A stretch of DNA of 64,000 nt from Nannocystales bacterium (GCA_050633305.1 JBOEGF010000011.1:159312-223311); one strand, 5' to 3'. Shown: positions 17,411 to 28,127, counted from the first letter of the stretch. The notes: generated by a model not told the origin, from the sequence alone. Translations and numbers: made by a program.

Positions 17411-19897
17411 ATGCAGATCACACTTGCTGGTACATGGCGCCCTGCGGCGGCGGCGGTCCTGATGATGTCGATCGGTTGCGGCGACGACACGGCCTCCGCG
17501 TCCGCGTCCGCATCATCGACCACCACGGAAACAGAGGGAGGCGAGGATGCTTCGTCCTCGTCCGGGTCGAGCACGGACGCGCTGCCACCGGAGACCGCAG
17601 GTCCCAGCCCCGGGTCGGAGTCCGGCGAGGGCACGAGCACTGGAGGAGAGCCGCCGGACCCCGTTCCATTGGAGGGGCCTTCTGCCTCGTTGGGCTACGC
17701 GGCGAGCTGTCAGGTGAACGCCGACGGCGCGCTGTCTTGCTGGGGCGATGGGCGCTGCGGGTTGTTTGGCGACGGCACCCATCACACCCGGGGGCCCGAG
17801 GTCCTCGGCGACTCGACGGGTTGGAACTCGGTGAGCCTGGGCTTGGCGCACGGATGCGGCATCGAGGACGAGGGCTCGCTTTGGTGCTGGGGGGACGGAT
17901 TGTCCGGGCGGGTTGGGGACGGTGGTGCCGACCAGTTCCCGTTCGGGCTGAACTGTCGCCTGCATCGGGTCGAGGTGGAGCCGCTCGGCGGGTGGGCGCA
18001 GGTCTCCAGCGGAGAAGACCACACCTGCGCGGTCCGTCAGGACGGGACGCTGTGGTGTTGGGGAAGCAACGAGGTGGGGCAGATCGGTGACGGCGCGGTG
18101 GGGGGAGCCTACAACCGGCTGCGACCGGTGCAGGTCGGACCGGACGACGATTGGTTGGAAGTCCACGCTGGGTCCGCGCACTCGTGCGGTCGGCGGCGCG
18201 ACGAGACGGTGTGGTGTTGGGGGCGAGGGGTTGCGCTCGGCGACGGCGGAGGGCCGAGTTTCTCGAGTCTGCCCGTGATGGTCGCGGGGCCGACAGCGTG
18301 GCAAGCGCTGCCGCGCGGGCTCTCAGAGCACACGTGTGCCATCGACACCGAGGGAGGCGTCTGGTGCTGGGGTGAAGGGGGGTCGGGTTCGCTGGGTCCC
18401 GGTGCGGAGTTCGACAGTCGCGAACCGGTCGCGGTCGAGCTTCCCGAGCCTGCCATGGAAGTCGCGGTTGGGTTCCGCCTCTCGTGTGCGGTCCTCGACA
18501 GCGGCGCGGTGTGGTGTTGGGGCGACAATGGCCATGGGGAGCTGGGCCTTCCTCTCGATGTCGAGAACTCGAGCATTCCCGTTGAGCCACATCCAGGGAT
18601 CATCGCCCAAGATGTCCGCATCGGTGTCGGGACGGTCTGCATCACCGACGAGGAACTCCAAGCGATGTGCTGGGGCCAGAATCGCTACGGAGAGGTCGGT
18701 GACCACACTTCGGGAGCCGACAACGCGCTACGCATCGAGCCGGCGGTTGTTGGTGAGTCCGCGGTGGAAGACTCGGTCGATGATTGGCGTCTGCTCGACG
18801 TCGGGACGGCCCACGGGTGCGGCATTCGGCAGGACGAGTCCCTGTGGTGTTGGGGGTCCCGCCGTTTCGGCCGACTGGGCAACGCCGATGAGACTCAGGA
18901 CTGTTCGGCCGTGAATCCCTCGGACTGCCACGTGACCACGCCGGTCGCCGTGTCGGGCGGGCACCAGTGGTCGTCGGTGGCCGTGGGGGGGTCCCACACG
19001 TGCGGGCTGGATGATGCGGCGGCACTGTGGTGTTGGGGGCGCGCGAGCTCGGGCGGTGTCGCGGACAGCGACGCCACGCAGCCCACTGCGGTGCTCGCGG
19101 GCGCGACGTGGGTGTCGGTCGCGGCGGGCGACTCGTACTCGTGTGGTGTGCAGGCTGAGGGCTCGTTGTGGTGCTGGGGCAACTCCAGCTTTGGTGAACT
19201 CGGACAGGGCGCACAGGGGGTGGACGGGTTTCAGAGTGTTCCGACACAGGTCGGCACACAGACCGACTGGTTGCAGGTCGTCGCCGGGTCGAACCACGCA
19301 TGTGGCCTTCGGGCTGAGGGCTCGTTGTGGTGCTGGGGCTTGAACAACGCGGGGCAGATCGGTAACGGTGAGCAGACCGCTGGACTCCCCAGTGGAGAGC
19401 AGGGGGTGGTGGATCCGTACGAGGTCGCGGGGTCGTGGACGGCCGTGGACGCGGGATCGAGCCACACCTGTGCCGTCGACGACGCCGGTGCGCTGTGGTG
19501 TTGGGGTGGCAACAGCTCCGGAGCGTCGGGTCAGGATCCAGAAGGAGCCACTGCGATCTTGACTCCGACGCAGCTCGGGGCTGAGACCGACTGGCTGTCG
19601 GTTGGACTCGGCCGAGAAGGGTCCTGTGGGCTCAAGACGGACGGGCGGTTGTTCTGTTGGGGCTCGCGCGAGAACGGAGTCGTTGGGGACGGAGTCATCG
19701 CTCCAGATGCCGCGAGCGCGACCCCGGTCCTGGTCGGGGCGGACGACGACTCATGGATCTCGATCGAGTCCAGTGGCTTCACGGTTTGCGGGACTCGCAG
19801 TGACGGAAGTGGATGGTGTTGGGGCGAGAACTTCTACGGTCAGCAAGGCAACGACACGGTGTTCGACTCCGGGCTGCCTCGGAGGGTTGTGCAATGA
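17411..19897 (+). CDS. RCC1/BLIP-II repeat lipoprotein (14 repeats, two beta-propellers)
   Basis: Lipobox SIGC, Ser/Thr linker, 14 xxCWG repeat units with GxxHxC motifs. Confidence 0.9.
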   Translation: MQITLAGTWRPAAAAVLMMSIGCGDDTASASASASSTTTETEGGEDASSSSGSSTDALPPETAGPSPGSESGEGTSTGGEPPDPVPLEGPSASLGYAASCQVNADGALSCWGDGRCGLFGDGTHHTRGPEVLGDSTGWNSVSLGLAHGCGIEDEGSLWCWGDGLSGRVGDGGADQFPFGLNCRLHRVEVEPLGGWAQVSSGEDHTCAVRQDGTLWCWGSNEVGQIGDGAVGGAYNRLRPVQVGPDDDWLEVHAGSAHSCGRRRDETVWCWGRGVALGDGGGPSFSSLPVMVAGPTAWQALPRGLSEHTCAIDTEGGVWCWGEGGSGSLGPGAEFDSREPVAVELPEPAMEVAVGFRLSCAVLDSGAVWCWGDNGHGELGLPLDVENSSIPVEPHPGIIAQDVRIGVGTVCITDEELQAMCWGQNRYGEVGDHTSGADNALRIEPAVVGESAVEDSVDDWRLLDVGTAHGCGIRQDESLWCWGSRRFGRLGNADETQDCSAVNPSDCHVTTPVAVSGGHQWSSVAVGGSHTCGLDDAAALWCWGRASSGGVADSDATQPTAVLAGATWVSVAAGDSYSCGVQAEGSLWCWGNSSFGELGQGAQGVDGFQSVPTQVGTQTDWLQVVAGSNHACGLRAEGSLWCWGLNNAGQIGNGEQTAGLPSGEQGVVDPYEVAGSWTAVDAGSSHTCAVDDAGALWCWGGNSSGASGQDPEGATAILTPTQLGAETDWLSVGLGREGSCGLKTDGRLFCWGSRENGVVGDGVIAPDAASATPVLVGADDDSWISIESSGFTVCGTRSDGSGWCWGENFYGQQGNDTVFDSGLPRRVVQ

Positions 19898-21258
19898 AAA
19901 CGAAACTGATTCTGGGAGCAGTGCTGTTGGTTGTCGGCTGTCCGAGCGACGGCGGGGGCGGTGTGGCCGACACCGATTCGAGCACCGGGCCTGGCGCCAC
20001 GGACACCAACGCTTCGTCGGGGAAGGGGCCGACGTCGGGTCAGGAACCCACCACGACGGGGACGTCCGGGGGCCCGGACGGGAGCACCACAGCGCAAGAG
20101 ACTGGGGAGGACGGCTGGCCAGAGCCCCAGCCGCCGCTCCCGTGTCCGGAGGAGTACCGATGCCGGGAGGACCAGGACCTCGACGCTGCACCGCTGGAGT
20201 GTGACAACGCGCCCGACCACACGAACCCGGACCAAGGGGACATGGACTTCGACAGCATCGGGGATGTCGCCGACCTCTGTCCGACGGTGCAGGGGATCAA
20301 CAACACCGCGGACAGCGACCGTGACGGGGTGGGGAACGCGTGCGACCGCTGTCCGTTGAGCGCAGGGAGCTATCTTGCGACCGGGCTTGGTGGGCTGAGT
20401 GATGCGTTCGCGTTTCGCTCGATGCCCGACCAAGGCGACGCGGACGGCGATGGCATCGGGGACGCGTGTGACAACTGCGTGCAAACGCCCAATTGCCTAG
20501 GCTACGGAGAGGGGCTCGAGCACGAACTCGGAGTGCAACTCGACATCGAGGACCCTCAGTGTCAGGCAGATGCGGACGGGGACTTCATTGGCGATGCGTG
20601 TGAAGGTCTGACGTTGCCGGGTGCTGCGGGGCCTGTGGGCATGGGGCCGGGCGACGACTTCGATCAAGATGGCATCGCCAACGCGCAGGACGCATGCGTG
20701 CGCTTGCCCGTGGCGCAGCCGGGCGGCCGCCACGTGGATTCGGACTCCGACGGGGTGGGGGACCGATGTGACAACTGCCCGTTCACGAGCAACTCCGGCC
20801 AGGCCGACACCGACGGCGACGCGGTTGGAGATGCATGTGAAGCGGGCGCCTGCGCCGAACGGGCCAACCCGCGGCCTTTCGGATTCTTCGACGCGTCGGT
20901 CGGCGGGTGGTGTTGCACGTCGTCCTACGAGGGGCAGGAGCTGCTCGACCCCGACGGCAATCCTCTGCAACCCGGAGACTTGCCACCGCTGGGCGCAGGC
21001 GTGCTCGAACTCCCTGCGGGGTGCGACGGTGAAGCGCAGCGGGTCACGTTGGACGACGTGGGCTCCGACGAGGCGTTGTGGGACTACCTGTGCCGCTTGC
21101 CGCAGTGGGACCAGGACTTCGACGGGGTGCCCGACGCGTGCGACATGTGCCGTTGGGCGTTTGACCCCACCAACGCTCCCTATGTCGATGCAAACGGCAT
21201 GACCTGGCCGACCGACGGCGCCTTTTGCAACGGCGAGTACCGCTGCGAGGACGAGTGA
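19894..21258 (+). CDS. thrombospondin type-3 repeat lipoprotein
   Basis: Lipobox VVGC; many DxDGDGxGDxCDNC repeats; ATGA overlap with the upstream gene. Confidence 0.9.
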   Translation: MKTKLILGAVLLVVGCPSDGGGGVADTDSSTGPGATDTNASSGKGPTSGQEPTTTGTSGGPDGSTTAQETGEDGWPEPQPPLPCPEEYRCREDQDLDAAPLECDNAPDHTNPDQGDMDFDSIGDVADLCPTVQGINNTADSDRDGVGNACDRCPLSAGSYLATGLGGLSDAFAFRSMPDQGDADGDGIGDACDNCVQTPNCLGYGEGLEHELGVQLDIEDPQCQADADGDFIGDACEGLTLPGAAGPVGMGPGDDFDQDGIANAQDACVRLPVAQPGGRHVDSDSDGVGDRCDNCPFTSNSGQADTDGDAVGDACEAGACAERANPRPFGFFDASVGGWCCTSSYEGQELLDPDGNPLQPGDLPPLGAGVLELPAGCDGEAQRVTLDDVGSDEALWDYLCRLPQWDQDFDGVPDACDMCRWAFDPTNAPYVDANGMTWPTDGAFCNGEYRCEDE

Positions 21259-21271
21259 GCGAGCACGAATG

Positions 21272-21309
21272 AACAAAGGCGGCGAGTCCGAGGACGCGCC
21301 GCCTTTGTT
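21272..21309. terminator. bidirectional intrinsic terminator
   Basis: AACAAAGGCGGCG...CGCCGCCTTTGTT inverted repeat between convergent genes. Confidence 0.8.
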
Positions 21310-21329
21310 GTGTCGCCGAAACGCTGAAC

Positions 21330-23327
21330 TCAGCTAGGCTCTTTGGGCTCGGGCAGCCCCGCCATGATCGCGGTGAACTCGGGATGGTTCGGTGCGGCCT
21401 GCAGTGCCGCCTGACAGACCTGACGCGCCTCGTCGAACATGTTGGCGTCGCGCATGGTCGAGGCGAGCGAGATGACGGGCTCGATGTCGCGGGGGTTGAT
21501 TGCGACGACCGCTCGCAGGTGCTCGACGGCCTCTTTGGGCCGACCTTGCTTGCGCAGGATGGCAGCGATGAGGTTGCGAATCTCGCCGTCGTTGGGACGC
21601 AGCTTGACCGCGTTCATGAGGTGACCCAGCGCTGCGGTGTCGCCTTCGGCTTCCCGGACCGCCAGAGCGAGCATCAGGTGGGGCTGCCAGAACTTCTCGT
21701 CGGCCGCGATGACCTCCCGAAGGAACTTGGCGGCCTCGGAGGACTGCCCTGCGTCGCCGGAGCGGACCTGCTCCATGGCCGTGTCGTAGCGGTCCTCGAA
21801 GTCGTCCATCGTGGTCTGCAGCAGACCACGACGAGCGAACGCGTCGTCGTCGAGCGAGCGGCGAGGCAGCTCGAGGATCTTCTGGAGGTACTCTTTTGCC
21901 TTTTCGGGGGCGTCGTCGTTGTCCTCGTCGTCGAGGTGCATCGAAGCGACGTAGCGCAGCACCGTCGCGCTTCCCGAGAACTTCTCGGCGGCTTCTTGGA
22001 GCAGTTTGGTGGCGTCCTCGAGACCTTCGTCCTCGTGTAGGTCGAGCAGCATGTCGAGCGTGCTCTTGCCGATGCCGTCGAGGGTCACGGCGGTGCGGAG
22101 CAGCTGCATCGCCTCGTCGCGATCCTCGGAGGATTGGTCGTCTGCGCCGCTGCTGCGGTCCCACAGCACGTTGGCGAGGTCGCCGTATGCGGTGGGGACC
22201 TTGCCTTCTTCGATCGAACGTCGGAGGAAGGGCTCAGCCTCGTCGAACTTGTCGTTCTCGATCAGCAGCGAGCCGATGCGCGCCATGACCAGCGGGCTTT
22301 CGTTGCCCTTCTCTGCGGCAAACTCAGCGACCTTGAGCGCGTTGTCGTTGTCACCTGCGGCACGCAGGGTGTCGATGAACTGCGTGGTGATCTGCTCGTC
22401 GGTGGGATCGAGGTTGAACGCCTGGTTGAAGTGCTGGACCGACGATGCCGCGTCGCCGAGGCGTCGGAACAGGGTCGCGAGGTGGTGCCACGCTTGCTTG
22501 TCTTCCTTGCGCTTCTGCGCGGCGACCGAGAGCGCCTGCAGCGACAAAGGAATCGCGCTCTTGTCGATGGGGTTGTTGACCAGGATGTCGGTCATCATGT
22601 GCAGCCCTTGCATGGCGTTGTCCATGCCGGGGTCGCGGTTGATGGCGTCGACGAACGGCGTGAGCAGCTGGTCGGGCGTCGTCGGAATGCAGCGGCCTTG
22701 AAGGGCGCTGAGGTTGCCCAAGCCGACCAGGAACGACATCAGGGCGGCCTGATTGTCGGTGCCGAACGCAGACTTGGTGTCGGTCTCTTCGACCTCGGTG
22801 TCGAAGTGCCCGCCCAGCTCCTTGAGGACGCCGAGCATGCGCTCGGGGAGCTGCTCGGCTTCGGAGCCCCAGCTCCACTTGCCCAGCTCCTTGAAGCCGG
22901 ACTCGCCCTCGCGCTCGACCAAGCGGGAGGTCAGGGCGATGTTCTGCTCGTCGACCCGGATGTCGGTGACGAGGCCGAACTTCGCGTTGGGAAAGCGGTT
23001 GATGCCTTCGAGCGCGCGCTCGTCGGTCCACGGCTCCCGGAACACCATGAGCGCGGGGACTTCTCGGCCGCCTTGGTCGGCCATCGCAGTGAACACGGGA
23101 GCGGCCGCTTGCACACCACGGGTGGCGAGCTCTTGGGCCCACCAACGCTGCACGCCCATGGCGAGCGGAGCACCCTTGCCCTCGTTCGTGCAAGCGAACG
23201 GGAGGATCACGAGCTTGATGTCGGCGGCAGCTTCCGCGACCGCTTCCGGATCGTCTTCGCCCTCGTTGAACATCACGTCGTCCGGACCCTCTTGCTCGGT
23301 GCCCTGCGTGTCGTCTTCGCTTGCCAT
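21330..23327 (-). CDS. TPR-repeat protein
   Basis: Acidic N-terminus, alpha/beta domain, then many TPR-like units (AFNLDPTD, AVKLRPND, VAINPRD, QAAPNHPE). Confidence 0.85.
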   Translation of the reverse strand: MASEDDTQGTEQEGPDDVMFNEGEDDPEAVAEAAADIKLVILPFACTNEGKGAPLAMGVQRWWAQELATRGVQAAAPVFTAMADQGGREVPALMVFREPWTDERALEGINRFPNAKFGLVTDIRVDEQNIALTSRLVEREGESGFKELGKWSWGSEAEQLPERMLGVLKELGGHFDTEVEETDTKSAFGTDNQAALMSFLVGLGNLSALQGRCIPTTPDQLLTPFVDAINRDPGMDNAMQGLHMMTDILVNNPIDKSAIPLSLQALSVAAQKRKEDKQAWHHLATLFRRLGDAASSVQHFNQAFNLDPTDEQITTQFIDTLRAAGDNDNALKVAEFAAEKGNESPLVMARIGSLLIENDKFDEAEPFLRRSIEEGKVPTAYGDLANVLWDRSSGADDQSSEDRDEAMQLLRTAVTLDGIGKSTLDMLLDLHEDEGLEDATKLLQEAAEKFSGSATVLRYVASMHLDDEDNDDAPEKAKEYLQKILELPRRSLDDDAFARRGLLQTTMDDFEDRYDTAMEQVRSGDAGQSSEAAKFLREVIAADEKFWQPHLMLALAVREAEGDTAALGHLMNAVKLRPNDGEIRNLIAAILRKQGRPKEAVEHLRAVVAINPRDIEPVISLASTMRDANMFDEARQVCQAALQAAPNHPEFTAIMAGLPEPKEPS

Positions 23328-23401
23328 AAGGCGGGAACCTAACAGCCTGCCGGAGCGCCCGCCAAGCACTGTGGCCCCGGCCCTGGTACGGTCTTTGTGC
23401 C

Positions 23402-24859
23402 ATGTCCCACGTGCCTGTGGCAGCGATCAGCGCTGCGTCCGCAATCGCCGCGATCCTGGGCGGCTGCGTCGAGCCCAGCGTCGACGTGGTGGCGGCCTGG
23501 GTCGAGTCCGTCGATGACGGTTCCGGCCGGGATATCCAGATCTACGACCGGGGCCGGCGCTACGCGATCCGGTTGGAGCCGGAGGTCAGCGGCTCAGAAC
23601 TGGAGCACTTCGGCATGGCGGTCGATGCCCGGGGCCGAGGGGTCGCGCTGGCGGGCAAGCGCCAGACCGCATTTGTGGGCCTGGTCGACACGCGGCAACC
23701 GGTGCTGTCGAACCAGGTTCTCGGCGGCGCGCCGCTGAGTCCGCTGTTCGGCTTCACGCGGAGCGGGGACGCGTTGCTCCGGGCGCCCGACGGCACGACG
23801 GCCTCGCGCTACTCCTTCATGCCAACCTCATCCCCGGGGGCGGGGGTGCAAACGCTGCTCGAGCCCCCGGATGCGTTGGTGACCGGCGCCTTCGAGCTGA
23901 TCTCCGCATCCGATGCGCCCGTCCTGTATTGGATCGAACACCAAGGCGTGCCGTCTCGGGCCTCGGGGCGGGTCACGGCGTTCGGATACCCCAGCGACGT
24001 GGAGCCGGGCGGGTTGGAGCTCTCGGAGATCACCGAACTGGGGTCGGGGCAGATCTACGCCGGCCCTCCCGATCTGGTGTCCGACCTGCAAGCCCCGGAC
24101 ACGTGGTGTCCCCACCGGACTTGTGTCTCGCCCGACGGACGAGGGATCATCGCGCCGGCGCCGGGCCGCTGCAGGTTCTGGACATGGGCTTGGGCGGACG
24201 AGCCCGGTCCCAGCGGGGAAATCGCGCCGCGGGAGGTGGTGATTCAAGAAGGGTGTCCTGAAGACCCCCGGACGCTTCCCTCGCTGTTCGCGGCGCTCGA
24301 CGTGGATCTGGCGGTGCTCGACGATGGCGACCGGGTCTACCTGGCGGACCTGTCCGCCAAGACCATGCGCTCGGCACCGAAGCTTTGGGACAACCCTGGC
24401 TCGATCCGGCTGACGGCAGGGGGGCGGTCCATCGTCTTGGTCTCGGACGACTCCCGTGTTGTTCGGGTCGGTGCCGACGGCCCGCGGATTATCTCGGGGG
24501 ACGCGCTCCCCTGCGCCGGACCGCCGTCCAATGCTCGGATCAGCCCCAATGGCCTGTGGGTCGCCCGGGTCTGCTTGGGCGATGGGACGTTCGCCTCGAG
24601 CTCGGAAGCGTTGATCATGCGGATCTCGCCGCTGGGCGTCGAGACGTTCGTGTCGGTGCCGATGGACGTCATCGGGATCGATGACGGTGGCAACATCTTG
24701 ATGTACAGCCGCTCCGACAACGGCGAGCCGCGGGGGCTGTTCGTTCTCGAAGACGACGGCGGGGTCACCCGGATCGATGCGCTCGAACCCGAGCCCGACC
24801 TCGTGTCGGGCGTGGACGGCAATGAGATCTACTTCAGCGCCGCGGTCGTGCGGCCCTGA
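23402..24859 (+). CDS. lipoprotein, probable beta-propeller
   Basis: LGGC lipobox; SPDG/SPNG repeat turns. Confidence 0.7.
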   Translation: MSHVPVAAISAASAIAAILGGCVEPSVDVVAAWVESVDDGSGRDIQIYDRGRRYAIRLEPEVSGSELEHFGMAVDARGRGVALAGKRQTAFVGLVDTRQPVLSNQVLGGAPLSPLFGFTRSGDALLRAPDGTTASRYSFMPTSSPGAGVQTLLEPPDALVTGAFELISASDAPVLYWIEHQGVPSRASGRVTAFGYPSDVEPGGLELSEITELGSGQIYAGPPDLVSDLQAPDTWCPHRTCVSPDGRGIIAPAPGRCRFWTWAWADEPGPSGEIAPREVVIQEGCPEDPRTLPSLFAALDVDLAVLDDGDRVYLADLSAKTMRSAPKLWDNPGSIRLTAGGRSIVLVSDDSRVVRVGADGPRIISGDALPCAGPPSNARISPNGLWVARVCLGDGTFASSSEALIMRISPLGVETFVSVPMDVIGIDDGGNILMYSRSDNGEPRGLFVLEDDGGVTRIDALEPEPDLVSGVDGNEIYFSAAVVRP

Positions 24860-24862
24860 GCG

Positions 24863-25921
24863 TCAGATGTCGGCGTTGAGCATCAGCGTGAGCGTCCCTG
24901 TGCCCTCGTTGGGGACGTCGGTCGGAGCGTCGAGGGGGAGCGACACCGCGTCCCCCGCGTCGGGCAGCAGCACCCCTGCGCTGAGGTTGCGGTTGCGGTC
25001 GAGCACCGCGTTGGCGCTGTATTGGCCAGCGTGAATCTGCTCGACGACCAGGGTGACCTCCGTCGACCCGGCGGGCGCTTCGGCGAGCATGGTGCGGCTG
25101 GGCACGCAGTTGGCGATCGGGTTGAGTCCGCAGGCGGTGTCGCTGAGGACGAGCCAGACATCGGCCGGCTCTTCGAGCGGCACGCTCCACTGGGCCTCAA
25201 CCTCGAGTTGAGGCATCGGGGGGAAGGGGGCGTCGGTGGGTTCGGGGAGGGGCGTGGGAAAGTCTCCGCCGACGGTCCTAGGCTCCAAGCGGTTTGCGAC
25301 CCATTCAATGTGTCGCATACCCATGACGTCGACATCGAGCCGGAGTCGGTCCGCCGTCTCGAATGCGAATCGGGCGTCGATGTAGCCGCAACCCGCTGAG
25401 ATCGAACAAAACCGCCACGTGTCCCCCGTGCGCTCCTCCAGGACCGCTTTCGAGTCCCGGAGAATGCCGAGGAACTCGCCGCCGTTGCGGAAGACGAGCT
25501 CCGATTGACCGTCGTGCTCCTCGAGTTGGAACGCAAACCGCAGCGAGTTGTCCGCATCCAGGTCCACGCGTGAGAACAGCACGCTGTCGCTGGCGGCTCG
25601 CACGTCCATGTTCATCGTGGGAAAGCTCCCCGCCGAGGTCCAGGATGTGACCGGAGCCACCCACAGGCCGACGATCGCCTCGAAGAAGGCGGCCGAATCG
25701 ACGTCGGCGCCACCGCTGCCGTCGCCCGCCGTGGTCTCGTCCGAGCTGCTGCTCGGGACGGTGCTTGCCGTGCTGTCTTCGTCTACGGATTGGGTCTCCG
25801 TGCTGCCGGACCCAGTCGCGCCAGGTCCGGTCGAACCCGCGGCGTCCTCTCCCGAGGTTCCGCAGGCGGTCAACATCAGGAGAACTCCCGCGAGGCTCAG
25901 GGGTGTCTTCAAGCTAAGCAT
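24863..25921 (-). CDS. hypothetical lipoprotein
   Basis: LTAC lipobox, Ser/Thr/Gly linker, beta-rich domains. Confidence 0.75.
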   Translation of the reverse strand: MLSLKTPLSLAGVLLMLTACGTSGEDAAGSTGPGATGSGSTETQSVDEDSTASTVPSSSSDETTAGDGSGGADVDSAAFFEAIVGLWVAPVTSWTSAGSFPTMNMDVRAASDSVLFSRVDLDADNSLRFAFQLEEHDGQSELVFRNGGEFLGILRDSKAVLEERTGDTWRFCSISAGCGYIDARFAFETADRLRLDVDVMGMRHIEWVANRLEPRTVGGDFPTPLPEPTDAPFPPMPQLEVEAQWSVPLEEPADVWLVLSDTACGLNPIANCVPSRTMLAEAPAGSTEVTLVVEQIHAGQYSANAVLDRNRNLSAGVLLPDAGDAVSLPLDAPTDVPNEGTGTLTLMLNADI

Positions 25922-25983
25922 GGTCCGTCAGTCGCTCTAGGATTCGATCCGGATGCACCGCCCACGCGGCCGTGTGATCGTCG

Positions 25984-27165
25984 CTACGGCTTCGCGAGCG
26001 CGGTGATGCGGTCCATCATTCGGTGGACCTCGGCTTCGGTGTTGTAGAAGTGGGGGCCCAGGCGCAGCCCACACCCGGGGCGCCAGTCGTGCTTGTAGCG
26101 CTCCTCGATGAGCTGTTCGGAGACCTGCTCCGAGTTGGAGAACTCGACCGCGACGAATCCGGTCCGCACCCGGCTGTCGGTCGGCGAGTGAATCTGAAGC
26201 CCGGCGCCTTGGGCTCGGTCGATGATGATCTGGCACAACGCCAGGTTGTGGGCGCGAATGTTCTCGACGCCGACCTCCAAGAGGGTTTGGTAGGCGGCGT
26301 GCGCCACGTAGTACGCGGGCATCGATGGGGTGCCGCCCATGAAGTGCCAGGGCCCCTGCGCGTATCGGATCGGCGCTGGCTCGAAGGAGAACGGAGCGGC
26401 GTGACCCATCCAGCCCGTGAGGCGGGGCTGAAGTTGTTCCGCGAGGCCAGGGCGCGTCCATAGAAACGCGGTTCCGGGACCGCCGCAGAGCCACTTGTGA
26501 CTCCCACCCACGACCAGGTCTACGCCCAGCTCGACCACATCGAACGGCAGGACACCGGCGGTCTGGTAGACGTCGAGCATCACGAGCGCGCCGACCTCGT
26601 GGGCCCTGGCGCAGATCGCCTTGACGTCCTGCAGAGCTCCCGAGACGTACACCGCGTGGCTGATCGAGACGACAGCCGTCGTCTCGTCGATCGCCTCGAG
26701 CATGCGCTCGGTGCTGATCGTCATCCCGTCGTCGCTGGGAACCAGGTCGAGCTGGGCTCCGAGGTCGCGGTAACGGTCCCAGACGTAGATCACGTTGGGG
26801 AACATCAACGACTCGATCACCACCTTATTGCGAGGCCCGGACCAGTCGAAACAGCTCGCGATTGCGGCCTGAAAGAAGGCGACGTTTTGGTTGAGTGTGG
26901 TGTGGCCGGGCGTCCCGCCGAAGAACTTGGCGACGGTGTCGCCGACCTCGGTCACCAGGTCGGTCCAGCCGTGCCACGCCTCGACGCCTTGCTCCTCCCA
27001 GGTGTCGGCATATCGGGTCAGCGCTCCGCGGGCCGCCGTTGGCATGGCGCCCATCGAGTTGCTGTTCATGTACGTGCTGGTCGCGAGGATCGGGTAGTCG
27101 TCGCGGAAGCGGGCCAGCGCGGGATCAATCTTCGGGGGAGGGTTCGAGTTCACGGGGGGCACCAT
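25984..27165 (-). CDS. class V PLP-dependent aminotransferase (kynureninase/cysteine desulfurase-like)
   Basis: YMNSNSMG, LDVYQTAG, PLP lysine in GGSHKWLCGGPG, LRLGPHFYN; start uncertain. Confidence 0.88.
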   Translation of the reverse strand: MVPPVNSNPPPKIDPALARFRDDYPILATSTYMNSNSMGAMPTAARGALTRYADTWEEQGVEAWHGWTDLVTEVGDTVAKFFGGTPGHTTLNQNVAFFQAAIASCFDWSGPRNKVVIESLMFPNVIYVWDRYRDLGAQLDLVPSDDGMTISTERMLEAIDETTAVVSISHAVYVSGALQDVKAICARAHEVGALVMLDVYQTAGVLPFDVVELGVDLVVGGSHKWLCGGPGTAFLWTRPGLAEQLQPRLTGWMGHAAPFSFEPAPIRYAQGPWHFMGGTPSMPAYYVAHAAYQTLLEVGVENIRAHNLALCQIIIDRAQGAGLQIHSPTDSRVRTGFVAVEFSNSEQVSEQLIEERYKHDWRPGCGLRLGPHFYNTEAEVHRMMDRITALAKP

Positions 27166-28054
27166 CGTCGTCGGTGGGGGAAGGCTCGGGGGCGGGGGGC
27201 TCGGGGGTCCGGTAGGGGTCGAAGCGGGACACGCTGACGCGGCGGGTGTTGAAGCGCTCGAGCTCCGCTTCGGTGAACGCATCCTGCGGATCGCTGAACT
27301 CACGCTGGACGAACTGCGTAATGATCTGCCTGGCCTCGTCGCCAGCTTTGCGTCGCAGCCGATCCACCGTGAGCACGGCGTCGGCCGGAATGCCAGCCGT
27401 GTCGGTGCTCAGCCGGTCCTCGCAGGCGTCCCAGTGCTCGAACAGGATTTCGCGTCGCCGTTCGAGCGAGACCGACTCGTCCTTGGCCACCGCGAGGAGG
27501 TCAGCAGGAAGCTCGCGCAGACGCTTCTGAATCTGGCCCCGATTCCAGGCGATCGCGAGGTCGGTGCGGAACGCCTCGGTCTCTCGGAGCGCGCTCATCT
27601 TCGCCCCGGTCAGCAGGTCGTGGCCAGAGGCCCGGATGAGCCACTCCAGCGGACCCTGCATGCCGAACCCAGCGGGCCTGGAGGCGAAGCTGGATGCGCC
27701 GGGCCGTTTCCCGATCTTTCCGTTCTGCGAGTCCGCGGACGAAGGGCGTCGCCAACGATCTGCGAAGTAGGTCCGCCCATCCGGAGCGACGGTCATCGTG
27801 AAGCGACGTTCCGAGTCGACGTAGCGATAGCTTCCGTCGGGGAGCCGCTCGAGTCCGAGGTCCGCCGGGCGAGCTCGGACCGTGGCGGTGGGCTGTTCCT
27901 GCAGCACTGGGGCGGGGGGCGGCCCGCCCGAGGGCGCGCCACCGGGAGGCGGTGGCGCGGTGATGCGTTCTTCAGGCGGCCGGCGCGTCTCGGACGGCGG
28001 GGCCCACCCAAGTGCGACCGTGAGCAGCAGCGAGACGAGCATCGGCATCAGCAT
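27125..28054 (-). CDS. secreted hypothetical protein
   Basis: Signal peptide, Pro-rich segment, 309-aa ORF co-oriented with neighbours. Confidence 0.7.
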   Translation of the reverse strand: MLMPMLVSLLLTVALGWAPPSETRRPPEERITAPPPPGGAPSGGPPPAPVLQEQPTATVRARPADLGLERLPDGSYRYVDSERRFTMTVAPDGRTYFADRWRRPSSADSQNGKIGKRPGASSFASRPAGFGMQGPLEWLIRASGHDLLTGAKMSALRETEAFRTDLAIAWNRGQIQKRLRELPADLLAVAKDESVSLERRREILFEHWDACEDRLSTDTAGIPADAVLTVDRLRRKAGDEARQIITQFVQREFSDPQDAFTEAELERFNTRRVSVSRFDPYRTPEPPAPEPSPTDDDGAPRELEPSPED

Positions 28055-28127
28055 GCCGCAGCTCGGTCGCCCGGTACCGTGCGGCCCCGCACAGCTGGTG
28101 GCGGGGAACAGGGCCGGCGTGCCGCTC

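Noticed and set aside
17700..21200. CRISPR-like or diversity-generating retroelement repeats
   Set aside because: The repeats are in-frame protein repeats (RCC1, TSP3); there is no constant repeat-spacer array, cas gene or reverse transcriptase.
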